From: Candidatus Woesearchaeota archaeon | Lineage (GTDB): Archaea > Nanobdellota > Nanobdellia > Woesearchaeales > GCA-2686295 | Assembly (NCBI GenBank): GCA_937912225.1 | Contig: CALDOJ010000036.1 | Coordinates: 31,191-95,190 of the forward strand | DNA length: 64,000 nucleotides | Direction of reading: 5' to 3' | In this document: one piece after another, positions 29,769 to 39,572 of the stretch | Layout: every line of letters begins with the position of its first letter | How positions within the stretch are numbered: position 1 is the stretch's first letter | Position numbers and translations under genes: made by a program | The notes under the pieces: model-generated | Databases searched by the model: none | The model's input: only the letters and a program-made list of their open reading frames with translations | Told to the model about the DNA's origin: nothing

Positions 29769-30743
29769 TTAAAGTTTTCTAGTTAATAATTCTTTAATAA
29801 CATAAGTTGCATAACTTCCTTTAGGTAAGTTAAAAGAAACATTTACTTTGAACATGCCTTTGTTTAAGTCATCTTCGACCATCGTTCCTACTTTTAAATC
29901 TTTTAATTCAATAAATAAATCTCGATCATTACCTTCGCAACTTAAATCAGGTAAACTAGGAATTATAAAATCTCTTTCAGAAATATTTTCTTCTTCTAAA
30001 ATTTCTTGAACTATTTGTTCAATTTTATCATTTGTATAATCAGTTCCAAAACCAACTATTGGAATTTTCTCGTTGTCCATTATATTAAGTTCTAAATATT
30101 TTGTAATTGTTTTATTAAAAATAAAACTTTGATATGCGTGAATAAATAATAACAAAATTTTTTTAGGTATTTTTCTTAAAGCTCCAACATAATCATTCAT
30201 ATTTTTTTTCAGATGTTCTTTTGTTTTTTGTTCATAATCGCCATTATTCAAAAGAATTTCGCTAACAGCTTTTTTGAAATCTTTTTTGAGAATACACCGT
30301 CCAATATTCACATTGTTATTTGAAAAACGTTGCTGATCAAAACAATTTGGAATTAAATCTAAATGTTTAATAGAAGTATTTTTTTCTAAGTTTCTTATTA
30401 CAATTTCAAAATAATTACCTTTCAAATGACCTAAAGAAAGAGGTTCTTTTGAAAAACCCATAAAAGTTAATTTCAAATCTTTAAGTTCATAATCATCAAG
30501 TTTATGTTTAAGTCTTTCAATTGAAATATACTGTTCAGTTACTGCATGTTTATCTTTATTACCAGCATAAGCAATTTTTGTTCTTCGAATATTTAAGTTA
30601 TTACAAATTGCTTGAATTGCTCTTTCAGTCGTATAATTCTTTTTCTCGAGCAAAAAAATTGAATAATCTCCTTCTTCTGACAGTTCATATCCAGGAATTT
30701 CTCTTACAAAAAAGTCTTCGGGAATTTGTTTTAACTTATACAT
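29769..30743 (-). CDS. truD: tRNA pseudouridine synthase TruD/Pus7
   Basis: IPEDFFVREI…YSIFLLEKKNYTTERAIQAI…AYAGNKDKHAVTEQYISI matches the TruD N-terminal and catalytic Asp (GxKD) motifs. The ORF track runs to 30794. The ATG at 30743 (MYKLKQIPEDF) is preferred because it leaves room for the divergent tRNA promoter. Confidence 0.7.
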   Translation of the reverse strand: MYKLKQIPEDFFVREIPGYELSEEGDYSIFLLEKKNYTTERAIQAICNNLNIRRTKIAYAGNKDKHAVTEQYISIERLKHKLDDYELKDLKLTFMGFSKEPLSLGHLKGNYFEIVIRNLEKNTSIKHLDLIPNCFDQQRFSNNNVNIGRCILKKDFKKAVSEILLNNGDYEQKTKEHLKKNMNDYVGALRKIPKKILLLFIHAYQSFIFNKTITKYLELNIMDNEKIPIVGFGTDYTNDKIEQIVQEILEEENISERDFIIPSLPDLSCEGNDRDLFIELKDLKVGTMVEDDLNKGMFKVNVSFNLPKGSYATYVIKELLTRKL

Positions 30744-30803
30744 ATAAAACAAGAAATGAAAAAGATTTAAAAAACTTCCACTTATTCTCAACACTAAACA
30801 AAT

Positions 30804-30878
30804 GGACCTGTGGCGCAGTCTGGATAGCGCGATAGCCTCCTAAGCTATAGGTCGGGGGTTCAAATCCTCCCTGGTCCG
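30804..30878 (+). tRNA. tRNA-Arg (anticodon CCT)
   Basis: 75-nt cloverleaf folded by hand: acceptor GGACCTG/CTGGTCC (one T·T mismatch), D-arm GCGC-AGTCTGGATA-GCGC, anticodon arm ATAGC-CTCCTAA-GCTAT (CCT at positions 34-36), T-arm GGGGG-TTCAAAT-CCTCC, discriminator G. No encoded CCA. Confidence 0.9.
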
Positions 30879-30925
30879 TCTATGTTTTCTAAAAATTTAT
30901 ATACTATTATTTTCTATCAAGTGTA

Positions 30926-31921
30926 ATGGGAAAGAAAATTTTGATTTCAGTGTCTGCAGTGACTGGAATCATCGCATTATACTTAATTTTCAAAGTTATT
31001 CCATTCAATGAAGTTCTTAACACATTTAAATCTGCCAATCCACTAACCTTATTAGGTTTTTTATGTGTTTCTTTTGGTTTAATGGCAGTTCTTTCTTGGA
31101 AATGGAAAGTTGTACTAAGAAGCCAAAATGTGATTATTCCATTCAAACATTTATTTGCATACAGATTAATTGGTTATGGTGTAAGCTATTTAACTCCTTC
31201 AGCAAAACTTGGCGGAGAACCTGTTAGAGCAGCTTTATTAACCAGACATGATATGAAATTCTCAGAAGCATTATCTTCAGTAGTTATTGATAAAACCATA
31301 GAAGTTGCTTCATCAGCAATCTTTTTTTTTATTGGTGTAATGATAGTATTCTTTAGATTCGCACTACCAGGTCAAATTGAAGTTACTATGATTTTATTTG
31401 CAATTATATTCTTAGCATTAATGGTTTTTATGTACCAAAGAATGTCGTCAGGAAAAGGATTCATCGCAAGTTTTTGTAAATTATTACGTCTTCATAAAGT
31501 TAAAAAATGGGCTTTATCTGAAAAGAAATTAGAAGAATTTGAAAGTAGAATAATAAAGTTTTTCCAAGAAGATAAAAAAGATTTCTTACTTGCATTTTTT
31601 GCTTGTTTTATGTCATGGGTTTTTATGTTCTTTGAATATAAGTTTGCAGCACTAATACTAGGTTATAATCTTTCTTTTGTTGCAATATTCTTAATTATTA
31701 GTTTTGTTGGAGCAGCGTTTATCGTTCCAGTTCCAATGGCCATTGGTTCGTTAGAAGCCAGTCAAGTAGCTGTTTTTACAATGTTGGGTTTAAAGTCAGC
31801 TGCAGGTGTTGCGCTTGCGTTCATTATTAGAATCAGAGATTTATTATGGAGTATTACAGGATTATTACTTCTTAGTTATTATGGACTTAAAATAAGTCAA
31901 ACTTTAAAGAAAAAATTTTGA
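30926..31921 (+). CDS. Integral membrane protein of the UPF0104 / lysyl-PG-synthase-TM-like (flippase-like) family
   Basis: 331 aa, about 8 TM helices. Family-typical N-terminus (…ALYLIFKVIPFNEVLNTFKSANPLTLLGFLCVSFGLMAVLSWKWKVVL…YRLIGYGVSYLTPSAKLGGEPVRAALL). Confidence 0.6.
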   Translation: MGKKILISVSAVTGIIALYLIFKVIPFNEVLNTFKSANPLTLLGFLCVSFGLMAVLSWKWKVVLRSQNVIIPFKHLFAYRLIGYGVSYLTPSAKLGGEPVRAALLTRHDMKFSEALSSVVIDKTIEVASSAIFFFIGVMIVFFRFALPGQIEVTMILFAIIFLALMVFMYQRMSSGKGFIASFCKLLRLHKVKKWALSEKKLEEFESRIIKFFQEDKKDFLLAFFACFMSWVFMFFEYKFAALILGYNLSFVAIFLIISFVGAAFIVPVPMAIGSLEASQVAVFTMLGLKSAAGVALAFIIRIRDLLWSITGLLLLSYYGLKISQTLKKKF

Positions 31922-31925
31922 AAAA

Positions 31926-33032
31926 ATGAAACCTATTTTTATTGGAGAAGGTCTTCGAATGTTCAAACGTAGACGAAAGTATGAACAAGAAGGATTTAAG
32001 CCATATGAAGGTAATGCAAAGAATATTTGTGAACAAATTGTAAGAAATTGTTATAATAAAAAAGAAAACTATTTCATGACTAGCTTAGGGCATTTCTGCG
32101 AGTATTGGAGTCGAGATTTTGGACTTTGTGTTGAGTCTTTAAAAAAACTTGGTTATGAAAAAGAAATTAAAAGCACTCTTAATTATGCACTTAACATATT
32201 TCAAAAAAAAGGAAAAATAACTACGACCATTAATCCTAAAGGCAAACCATTCGACTTTCCAACATACGCACCTGACAGTCTTGGATTCACATTACATTCT
32301 TTAGTTACTTTAAATGATAAAGAACTAGTTGAAAAACATAAATCCTTTTTAGAAAAAGAAGTAAAAAGATATTATAAAAAAGTCATAAATAAAAAAACTG
32401 GCTTAGTGAAAAAAAAACATTTTAGTTCAATGAAGGATTTAGCTAAAAGAAAATCTTCTTGCTATGATAATATTATGAGCGGTTGGATTTCTAAAAACCT
32501 TGACTTGCTTGGCCTAAATAATCCTTTAAAAAAATATGACTTCAAAAAATTAATTTTAGATAATTTTTGGACCGGAACACATTTTATTGATGACCTTTCA
32601 GGAAGCAAAATTTTATCAGGTGATGCTAATACTTACTCATTCTGGACAAAATTATTCGAGGAAGAAGATTTAATTTCTTCTGCCATTAGTAAAGTTCAAA
32701 AGAAAGGATTAGATAAACCTTTTCCAATTAAATATAGTATTGAAAAGCCTAAAACTGTTTGGTACGACTTATTAAGTTCAGGTTATGAATTTCAAAGTAT
32801 TTGGGCAATGACAGGTATTCCCTTCATAAAAGTCGTTTTGAAAGTTGATGAAGAACTTGCTAAAAAATACTTTGATAAATATACTGCTTTAATTGAAGAG
32901 CATAAAACTTTTTTAGAAGTTTATGAAAAAGATGGCTCTATTTTCAAGAGATATAATTATGTCTCTGATGAAGCAATGCTTTGGGCTTCAATGTATTTAG
33001 AACTAGATTTTATTCTTAACAAAAATAGTTAA
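31926..33032 (+). CDS. Hypothetical protein (possibly a glycoside-hydrolase-like alpha/alpha-barrel enzyme)
   Basis: 368 aa. Follows the flippase-like gene by 4 nt. W/F/Y-rich soluble protein (…YFMTSLGHFCEYWSRDFGLCVESL…). No confident family assignment. Confidence 0.4.
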   Translation: MKPIFIGEGLRMFKRRRKYEQEGFKPYEGNAKNICEQIVRNCYNKKENYFMTSLGHFCEYWSRDFGLCVESLKKLGYEKEIKSTLNYALNIFQKKGKITTTINPKGKPFDFPTYAPDSLGFTLHSLVTLNDKELVEKHKSFLEKEVKRYYKKVINKKTGLVKKKHFSSMKDLAKRKSSCYDNIMSGWISKNLDLLGLNNPLKKYDFKKLILDNFWTGTHFIDDLSGSKILSGDANTYSFWTKLFEEEDLISSAISKVQKKGLDKPFPIKYSIEKPKTVWYDLLSSGYEFQSIWAMTGIPFIKVVLKVDEELAKKYFDKYTALIEEHKTFLEVYEKDGSIFKRYNYVSDEAMLWASMYLELDFILNKNS

Positions 33033-33776
33033 CTCAGAAACAAGTTTTGCAGCTAAAGTTGATTCTTGTCCAACAATGTAATTTTTCTTTTTTCTAATAG
33101 AATCTAAAAACGAATGAATATCTCGTCCTTCACTACAAGTAACTGCATTTCCAAGCCATTCAAGACGATGACCATCACTTCCAGCAGTCAATCCTTTGTT
33201 TTCAGCCAAAGCCCATCCAAGAGATGAAAGATTAGCTCGTTTTTTCATAGCTGCATTTAAAACTTCTACAGCCACAAATTCACTCAGTAATTCTTTTCTT
33301 TTTTTACTGTTCAAAAAGTAGAAACTTTTTTTTGGTTGAACTGTAAAAGGATGTGCTACTGAAGAAACAGCATTTAAATCATGTGCTGCATCAATAATTT
33401 CTTGAATGGAAAGAGATGTTTTGTTAAATCGAAAACGTTTATGATACTTCAAGTTTTTTTTAACATATTTTTGATAAAAATTTACTAAATCTCCTTCTGA
33501 ATAAAAATAAAGCAAAATATCCTTATCATTCTTTGAAGTAACTTCAATACCTGGAATTACAAATAAATCCTTTTGTTCTAAAGCTAAAAGACTTCCTCGA
33601 ATATCATTATGATCTGTGACTGCAACTCCAATTCCAAGTGATTTAGCATGAGATAATACATCTTGTAATTTAGTTTTACAATCATGAGAATATTCTGTAT
33701 GAAAATGCATATCTACAACAGAATACTTTTTACCTAATTCGGCAAAATTAGGCAAAGCATAAGTAAATTGATTCAT
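33003..33776 (-). CDS. PHP-domain metal-dependent phosphoesterase
   Basis: VVDMHFHTEYSHDCK…GVAVTDHNDIRGS…IPGIEVT…SSVAHPF carries the PHP His/Asp metal-ligand motifs. Confidence 0.7.
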   Translation of the reverse strand: MNQFTYALPNFAELGKKYSVVDMHFHTEYSHDCKTKLQDVLSHAKSLGIGVAVTDHNDIRGSLLALEQKDLFVIPGIEVTSKNDKDILLYFYSEGDLVNFYQKYVKKNLKYHKRFRFNKTSLSIQEIIDAAHDLNAVSSVAHPFTVQPKKSFYFLNSKKRKELLSEFVAVEVLNAAMKKRANLSSLGWALAENKGLTAGSDGHRLEWLGNAVTCSEGRDIHSFLDSIRKKKNYIVGQESTLAAKLVSELTIFVKNKI

Positions 33777-33805
33777 AATAATAATAATTCTAAAATTTAT
33801 AGTAT

Positions 33806-34336
33806 TTAAATCTTATCTTTAGTTATTCCAAGAAGATAGCCTGTATAATGAGTTATTGGAGGAAGTATTAAACTAATAATAACTAAGACTATTAATAAAT
33901 CCCATTCTGGAAAAAATATGAACGAAGTAAATAATAAAGCTCCAACGATGTAATCTAATTGATCAAATGGAATCCAAGGTTTTCCTGAACCAGTCCCTCT
34001 TCTTCTCTTAAAAAAAGATTCGACAGCATCACCAAAAATAGCTCCAAAAGCCATTAAAAAACCCAACCAAATTGTTTGAGTTTGATAATTAAATAAACTA
34101 ATATTCGCAAACCAAGGAAAATTGTAAAGATATTTCTGCAAAAGAAACATGAGTGTTCCAACAATTACTGCAAACACTATACCTCGAATGGTTTTATTAT
34201 CACCAAGAAGTCTTTTTCCTTTGTAAGATTTACCAAAATCTAAAGGTTTGTTAAGAAAAGGTATTTTTGAAACTAAAGGAGGAGTTAAGTTCGAAAAATA
34301 TGCTGGTACAAAAAAATATGATGCTTCTAAAATCAT
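33806..34336 (-). CDS. carS: CDP-archaeol synthase (CarS, DUF46 family)
   Basis: 176-aa polytopic membrane protein. NKPLDFGKSYKGKRLLGDNKTIRG…GDAVESFFKRRRGTGSGKPWIPFDQLDYIVGALLF matches the CarS cytoplasmic-loop motifs. Immediately downstream of pssA-psd. Confidence 0.6.
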   Translation of the reverse strand: MILEASYFFVPAYFSNLTPPLVSKIPFLNKPLDFGKSYKGKRLLGDNKTIRGIVFAVIVGTLMFLLQKYLYNFPWFANISLFNYQTQTIWLGFLMAFGAIFGDAVESFFKRRRGTGSGKPWIPFDQLDYIVGALLFTSFIFFPEWDLLIVLVIISLILPPITHYTGYLLGITKDKI

Positions 34337-34878
34337 ATTAATACCTTTTTGAATTTTATTTTACTAATCATTAAAGCAATCGATATTACAACAAAAAAAG
34401 TTGTAACATTAATATTAACTTTCAAAAGAATGAGTGCTGGAAAAAGCACACCATTCACAGTTATTGGCATTCCAAGATACCCTTTAACTTGTTGTTTTAA
34501 AGAGTTAAATCTTGCAAGTCTATAAGCACCAGCTAAAACCATTAAAGCAACTAAGATTGCAAGTGCATCATTATTGTAAAAGAGGTAAACCATTATTGCA
34601 GGTGCAACTCCAAATGAAACAAGATCAGCTAGTGAATCAAGTTCTTCGCCAAGTTTTGATTCTGCTTTCAAACAACGAGCAAGTTTTCCATCAAGATAAT
34701 CAAATACAACTGCAACTAATAACGCAATAGCTGAAAAAACAAACAAACCTTTTATTGCTAAAAATATAGAGATTAACCCACACAAAATATTAAGAATGGT
34801 TGCTGTGTTTGGAAATATTTCCTTTTTCAAAACTTTTGAGTTTTGAGACCCAAAAATCTTAGATTTTTGTTGTTTCAT
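34333..34878 (-). CDS. pssA: CDP-alcohol phosphatidyltransferase (archaetidylserine synthase-like)
   Basis: DYLDGKLARCLKAESKLGEELDSLADLVSFGVAP is the D-G-x2-A-R…G-x3-D-x3-D signature. 4-nt overlaps with both neighbours. Confidence 0.8.
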   Translation of the reverse strand: MKQQKSKIFGSQNSKVLKKEIFPNTATILNILCGLISIFLAIKGLFVFSAIALLVAVVFDYLDGKLARCLKAESKLGEELDSLADLVSFGVAPAIMVYLFYNNDALAILVALMVLAGAYRLARFNSLKQQVKGYLGMPITVNGVLFPALILLKVNINVTTFFVVISIALMISKIKFKKVLI

Positions 34879-35489
34879 TTTCTTTCAGCAATAATAGATG
34901 ACCCAGCAGAAACTTTATCTCCTAGCTTAACTTTTAATTTTATCGTGCTGGGCAGGATAAGAGTTACTTGACTTCCCAACTTAATTAAACCTATCCTCTG
35001 ACCTTTAAGAACTTTCTCATTCTCTTTTACTAAAGGCACAATTCTTCTTGCAAGAAAACCTGCAATTTGAATTGATTTAACTTTAAATTTTTTATCTTGA
35101 AAAAGCATTTGAACATTTTCATTTTCAAAAGTTGAAGCAAGCGAACTAGCATTTAAGAATTTTCCATCACTATGCTTAACATATTTGACAGTTCCTGAAA
35201 TCGGTGCTCGATTAATATGAACATCAAATGGACTCATAAAAATTGAAACAATATATCCTTTGTTAGCAACATCTTTAGTAAAAGATTTTACATGACCTAA
35301 GAATTGTTTTTCAATATCAATTTTGTCTTCATCAAATTTCTTGATTAAAGTTATTTTTCCATCTGCAGGACTAATAATATTATTGCCTAAAGGTATTTGT
35401 CTTGCAGGGTCTCGAAGGAAATAAAACTGATGAAAAATTAAGAATGCAACGTAAAGAATTATTAAAATTATAAAAATAGTTCCAATCAT
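34875..35489 (-). CDS. psd: Phosphatidylserine (archaetidylserine) decarboxylase proenzyme
   Basis: SPADGKI…GYIVSIFMSPFDVHINRAPISGTV…IQIAGFLARRIVP…GLIKLGSQVTL (LGS cleavage motif). N-terminal TM anchor. Confidence 0.8.
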   Translation of the reverse strand: MIGTIFIILIILYVAFLIFHQFYFLRDPARQIPLGNNIISPADGKITLIKKFDEDKIDIEKQFLGHVKSFTKDVANKGYIVSIFMSPFDVHINRAPISGTVKYVKHSDGKFLNASSLASTFENENVQMLFQDKKFKVKSIQIAGFLARRIVPLVKENEKVLKGQRIGLIKLGSQVTLILPSTIKLKVKLGDKVSAGSSIIAERK

Positions 35490-35527
35490 AAAAATAACTA
35501 AACATAAAATAGTTCAAAAAGTTTTCG

Positions 35528-35563
35528 TTTTTAAAAGAAAAATGCTCAGCAATAAAATTGCTG
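35528..35563 (-). terminator. Hairpin plus T-tract terminator downstream of ppdK
   Basis: CAGCAAT-AAA-ATTGCTG (35547-35563) has a 7-bp stem. On the minus strand it is followed by ATTTTTCTTTT. Confidence 0.45.
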
Positions 35564-35617
35564 GCAAGTTTTAAAAAAATTAAAACTTAAAAAAAATATA
35601 AAAAATTATTGTTTTGC

Positions 35618-38242
35618 TTAATCTCTTAGAGTTGCTTGAGCTGCTGCAAGTCTTGCAATTGGAACTCTGAATGGTGAGCAACTAACATAGTTTAATCCTG
35701 CTCTATAACAAAACTCTACGCTTGTAGGTTCTCCACCGTGTTCTCCACAAATTCCTAATTTTAAGTCTTTCTTAACAGATCGTCCTTTTTCTACAGCCAT
35801 TTCTACAAGCTGACCAACACCAGTTTGGTCTAATGATTGGAAAGGATCTCGTTCTAAAATACCTTTTTCAATATATTCAGGAACGAATGATCCAACATCA
35901 TCTCTTGAAAATCCAAGAGTCATTTGTGTTAAATCGTTTGTTCCAAAGCTGAAAAATTCTGCTTCTGCTGCAACTAAATCCGCTGTAAGAGCTGCTCTTG
36001 GTACTTCAATCATAGTTCCAATCATATATTTCACTTTTGAATCGTCACCAAGAACTCTTTTTGCAACTGCTAAAACAATTTCTTTTTGATTTTTAAACTC
36101 TTCAACGTTTCCAATTAATGGAATCATAACTTCAGGGTTTACTTCAATTCCTGATTCTGAAACTTCTTTTGCTGCTTCAAAAATTGCTTCTGCTTGCATT
36201 TGGGTAATTTCCGGGTAAGAAATTCCTAATCTACAGCCTCTATGACCAAGCATTGGATTAACTTCATGAAGTTCTTCGATTTTTTGCTTTAAAATTTCTG
36301 TTGTAGTGTTTAATTCTTCTGCAATACTTTCGATTTCTTTTTCTTCTCTAGGTAAAAATTCGTGTAGAGGCGGATCTAATAATCTTACTGTAATTGGTTT
36401 TCCTGCCATTACTTTGAATAAACCTGTAAAGTCATCTTTTTGGAAAGGTTTTAGTTTTGCTAAAGCTTTTTTTCTACCTTCAAGATCTGCTGATAAAATC
36501 ATTTCTCTAACTGCTCTGATTCTTTCACCTTCAAAAAACATATGCTCAGTTCTACAAAGACCAATTCCTTCTGCTCCAAAGCTAATTGCTTGTTCAGCAT
36601 CTTTTGGAGTGTCTGCATTTGTTCTAATTCCCATTGTTCTGAATTTGTCTGCCATCTCCATTAATTTTCCAAAGTCTCCGCTTAATACAGGATCAGTAGT
36701 TGGGATTTTACCTTCGAATACTTCTCCACTAGTTCCATCAAGAGTTATATAATCTCCTTCTACAAAACTAACACCACCCAATACTAAAGTTCGGTCTTTT
36801 TCACTAATTCTTGCTTCTCCAAGTCCTGAAACACAACATTTACCCATTCCTCTAGCAACAACTGCTGCATGGCTAGTCATACCGCCTTTTGCTGTTAAGA
36901 TTCCTTGAGCAGCATCCATTCCGATTAAGTCTTCTGGGCTTGTATCATTTCTAACTAAAATTACAACATCACCTTTTTTCTTCATTTCAACTGCTGCAAA
37001 GTTATCAAAAGCAATTTTTCCAACTGCTCCACCAGGCGAAGCTGGAAGTCCTTTTCCAATTGCGGTGTGTAATTGTTTTGCAATCGGATCAAGTTGTTTA
37101 TGTAATAATTGATCAAGTTGATTCGGGTCAACTCTTAGAACAGCTGTTTTTTCATCAATTAAACCTTCTTGTACCATTTCTACAGCCATTCTAACTGCTG
37201 CGTGAGCAGTTCTTTTTCCAGACCTTGTTTGCAAAATGTATAATTTTCCTTCTTGAATTGTAAACTCCATATCTTGCATGTCTTTGTAATGATCTTCTAC
37301 TTTATGATAAATTTCAACAAGTTCTTTGTATTGTTCTGGCATTCCTTCTTCCAATTTCGAAATTGGTTTTGGAGTTCTAATTCCAGCTACAACATCTTCT
37401 CCTTGTGCGTCCATTAAGTATTCGCCGTAAAAAATATTTTCTCCTGTTGCAGGGTCTCTTGTAAAGCAAACTCCTGTTCCGCTTGAATCGCCCATATTTC
37501 CAAAAACCATGACTTGTGCGTTAACTGCAGTTCCTTTTAATCCTCTGATATCATTTAATCTTCGATAAGTAATTGCTCTACCATTGTTCCATGAACCAAA
37601 TACTGCTTCAATTGACATTAATAATTGTTCTTTTGCATCTGTTGGAAATTTTCGACCTGATTTTTCTTCGATTAATTCTTTATATTTTTCAACTAAGAAT
37701 TTTAAATCTTTAGCATCTAATTCTGTATCGAATTTTACCCCTTTTGTTTCTTTAACATCGTCTAAAATACCTTCGAAATCATGATGTTCTACACCCATTA
37801 CAACGTCTCCAAACATTTGAAGAAATCGTCTGTATGAATCCCATGCAAATCTTTCATTTCCTGATTTTGTAGCAAGACCTTTTACTGCTGCATCATTCAA
37901 ACCAAGATTTAATACTGTGTCCATCATTCCTGGCATTGAAACAGCTGCTCCACTTCTAACAGATAATAAAAGTGGGTTTTCTGAATCTCCAAACTTTGCA
38001 TCCATTACTTTCTCAAGTTGTTCAAGGTGTTCTTCAATTTCCTTGATTGCTTGTTCAGGCATTTTCTTGCCTACTTCGTAAAATTCTGCACAAGTTTCTG
38101 TTGTTATTGTAAATCCTGGCGGTACTGGAATTCCTAGTGACGCCATCTCTGCTAGGTTAGCACCTTTACCACCTAGTACATCTTTCATATTTTTATTTCC
38201 TTCAGTCTTATCTGACCCAAAGAAGTATACATGTTTTACCAT
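35618..38242 (-). CDS. ppdK: Pyruvate, phosphate dikinase
   Basis: 874 aa. N-terminus MVKHVYFFGSD…LGGKGANLAEMASLGIPVPPGF. Central phospho-His domain (GGMTSHAAVVARGMG). C-terminal PEP-utilising TIM barrel (…GICGE…). Confidence 0.95.
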   Translation of the reverse strand: MVKHVYFFGSDKTEGNKNMKDVLGGKGANLAEMASLGIPVPPGFTITTETCAEFYEVGKKMPEQAIKEIEEHLEQLEKVMDAKFGDSENPLLLSVRSGAAVSMPGMMDTVLNLGLNDAAVKGLATKSGNERFAWDSYRRFLQMFGDVVMGVEHHDFEGILDDVKETKGVKFDTELDAKDLKFLVEKYKELIEEKSGRKFPTDAKEQLLMSIEAVFGSWNNGRAITYRRLNDIRGLKGTAVNAQVMVFGNMGDSSGTGVCFTRDPATGENIFYGEYLMDAQGEDVVAGIRTPKPISKLEEGMPEQYKELVEIYHKVEDHYKDMQDMEFTIQEGKLYILQTRSGKRTAHAAVRMAVEMVQEGLIDEKTAVLRVDPNQLDQLLHKQLDPIAKQLHTAIGKGLPASPGGAVGKIAFDNFAAVEMKKKGDVVILVRNDTSPEDLIGMDAAQGILTAKGGMTSHAAVVARGMGKCCVSGLGEARISEKDRTLVLGGVSFVEGDYITLDGTSGEVFEGKIPTTDPVLSGDFGKLMEMADKFRTMGIRTNADTPKDAEQAISFGAEGIGLCRTEHMFFEGERIRAVREMILSADLEGRKKALAKLKPFQKDDFTGLFKVMAGKPITVRLLDPPLHEFLPREEKEIESIAEELNTTTEILKQKIEELHEVNPMLGHRGCRLGISYPEITQMQAEAIFEAAKEVSESGIEVNPEVMIPLIGNVEEFKNQKEIVLAVAKRVLGDDSKVKYMIGTMIEVPRAALTADLVAAEAEFFSFGTNDLTQMTLGFSRDDVGSFVPEYIEKGILERDPFQSLDQTGVGQLVEMAVEKGRSVKKDLKLGICGEHGGEPTSVEFCYRAGLNYVSCSPFRVPIARLAAAQATLRD

Positions 38243-38424
38243 TTTTTATTTCACCTATAATATTTTTATAGACCCAAAAATTAATAATGATTTTTGATGC
38301 CTATATATCTCTATTTCCTATTTTATCTTACGTTTTTATTGATTCTCTAAGAACCTCAACTGACAGTAAAAAAAACCTCTTTTTAAAGATAGTTATGATA
38401 TAGAATATATGTTAGAAATCAGAG

Positions 38425-39210
38425 TTACTTTTTCAAAAGAATTCCAACAGGACAATGGTCACTTCCCATTACTTCTTGCAAGATAAATGCATCTTTTAAT
38501 TTCTTCTCTAAAACCTTTGAAACAAGAAAATAATCTATCCTCCAACCGACATTATTTGCTCGAGCATTAAACATGTAACTCCACCAAGAATATTCATGCT
38601 CTTTATTAGGGTAAAAATATCTGAATGTGTCAATTAAACCTGCTTCTAAATGTTTTGTCATGCCAAGTCTTTCAGTATCTGAGAATCCTGCATTTCCAGG
38701 TTTTGTTGCGGTTGTCATATTTGACTTAGGATTCTTCAAATCAATTTCTTTATGAGCAACATTTAAATCACCACAAATAATAACTGGTTTCTTATTTTCT
38801 AAACCTTTGACAAATTTTCTAAAATCATCATCCCATTTTTTTCGATAAGAAAGTCTTAAAAGTTCTCGCTTAGAATTTGGTGTATAAACATTCACTAAAA
38901 AGAACTCATCATATTCTAAAGTTAGAACTCGACCTTCAGCATCATGTTCTTCAATCGCCATTCCATACATTACTGATGACGGCTTGACTTTTGAAAATAC
39001 TGCAGTTCCAGAATAACCTTTTTTCTCTGCAGAGTTCCAGAAATGATGAGGATATTTATCTAACACCAAATCAACTTGATCAGGATGAGCTTTTGTTTCT
39101 TGAATACACAAAACATCAGGATCTTCCTTTTTTACAAAGTCTAAGAATCCTTTTTTTAAGGCTGCTCGAATTCCATTTACATTCCAAGAAATAAGTTTCA
39201 TATTTGTCAT
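38425..39210 (-). CDS. xth: Exodeoxyribonuclease III / AP endonuclease
   Basis: MKLISWNVNGIRA…LCIQETK…DLNVAH…SWWSY…MGSDHCPV are the ExoIII family catalytic motifs. Confidence 0.9.
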   Translation of the reverse strand: MTNMKLISWNVNGIRAALKKGFLDFVKKEDPDVLCIQETKAHPDQVDLVLDKYPHHFWNSAEKKGYSGTAVFSKVKPSSVMYGMAIEEHDAEGRVLTLEYDEFFLVNVYTPNSKRELLRLSYRKKWDDDFRKFVKGLENKKPVIICGDLNVAHKEIDLKNPKSNMTTATKPGNAGFSDTERLGMTKHLEAGLIDTFRYFYPNKEHEYSWWSYMFNARANNVGWRIDYFLVSKVLEKKLKDAFILQEVMGSDHCPVGILLKK

Positions 39211-39252
39211 AAATAAAAGAAATTAAAAAAAGTTATATAAAGTTTTTTATTA

Positions 39253-39540
39253 TTACTTTCTAACATTAGAAAGATATTTTGCAATTGGAGAAAAAACACT
39301 CCACTTAGCATATAATTCAACTTCTTGTCGATATTCAGCTATTAAATGTTGAAACCCAATATTATTAAGTCCGTTTTTAATTTTATTTGAAACAGAAGTT
39401 AAAACTTTATTTGGCTTAATATTCAAAGGTTCAATATTTCTAATCATATCATCTAATGTTCCTGAACTACATTGAAGTGTTGTACATGCTAATTCATACC
39501 TTCCAATTTGATCCATTGCTTTTTGATATTTATCTCTCAT
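39253..39540 (-). CDS. Hypothetical small protein
   Basis: 95 aa, no recognisable motif. Tightly spaced between gatE and xth on the same strand. Confidence 0.35.
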   Translation of the reverse strand: MRDKYQKAMDQIGRYELACTTLQCSSGTLDDMIRNIEPLNIKPNKVLTSVSNKIKNGLNNIGFQHLIAEYRQEVELYAKWSVFSPIAKYLSNVRK

Positions 39541-39572
39541 AAAACTTAGAATTAAAAAGAATTATTTAAACC

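Noticed and set aside
30744-30794. Longer truD start at 30794
   Set aside because: It would place the start 10 nt from the divergent tRNA gene with no promoter space. The extension (MLRISGSFLNLFHFLFY) is hydrophobic junk. The ATG at 30743 precedes the conserved IPEDFFVRE N-terminus by a normal distance.
36306-36752. 148-aa plus-strand ORF inside ppdK
   Set aside because: Lies entirely antisense to the well-supported PPDK gene, with a Ser/Leu-rich nonsense-like translation. The same reasoning applies to the other small antisense ORFs in the track (1546..1836, 2917..3153, 3936..4226, 5339..5623, 6162..6872, 14742..14936, 17846..18670, 20112..20337, 24079..24798, 25897..26799, 42586..42783, 43640..43825, 55955..56218, 58761..58967, 62706..62945, 63323..63595).
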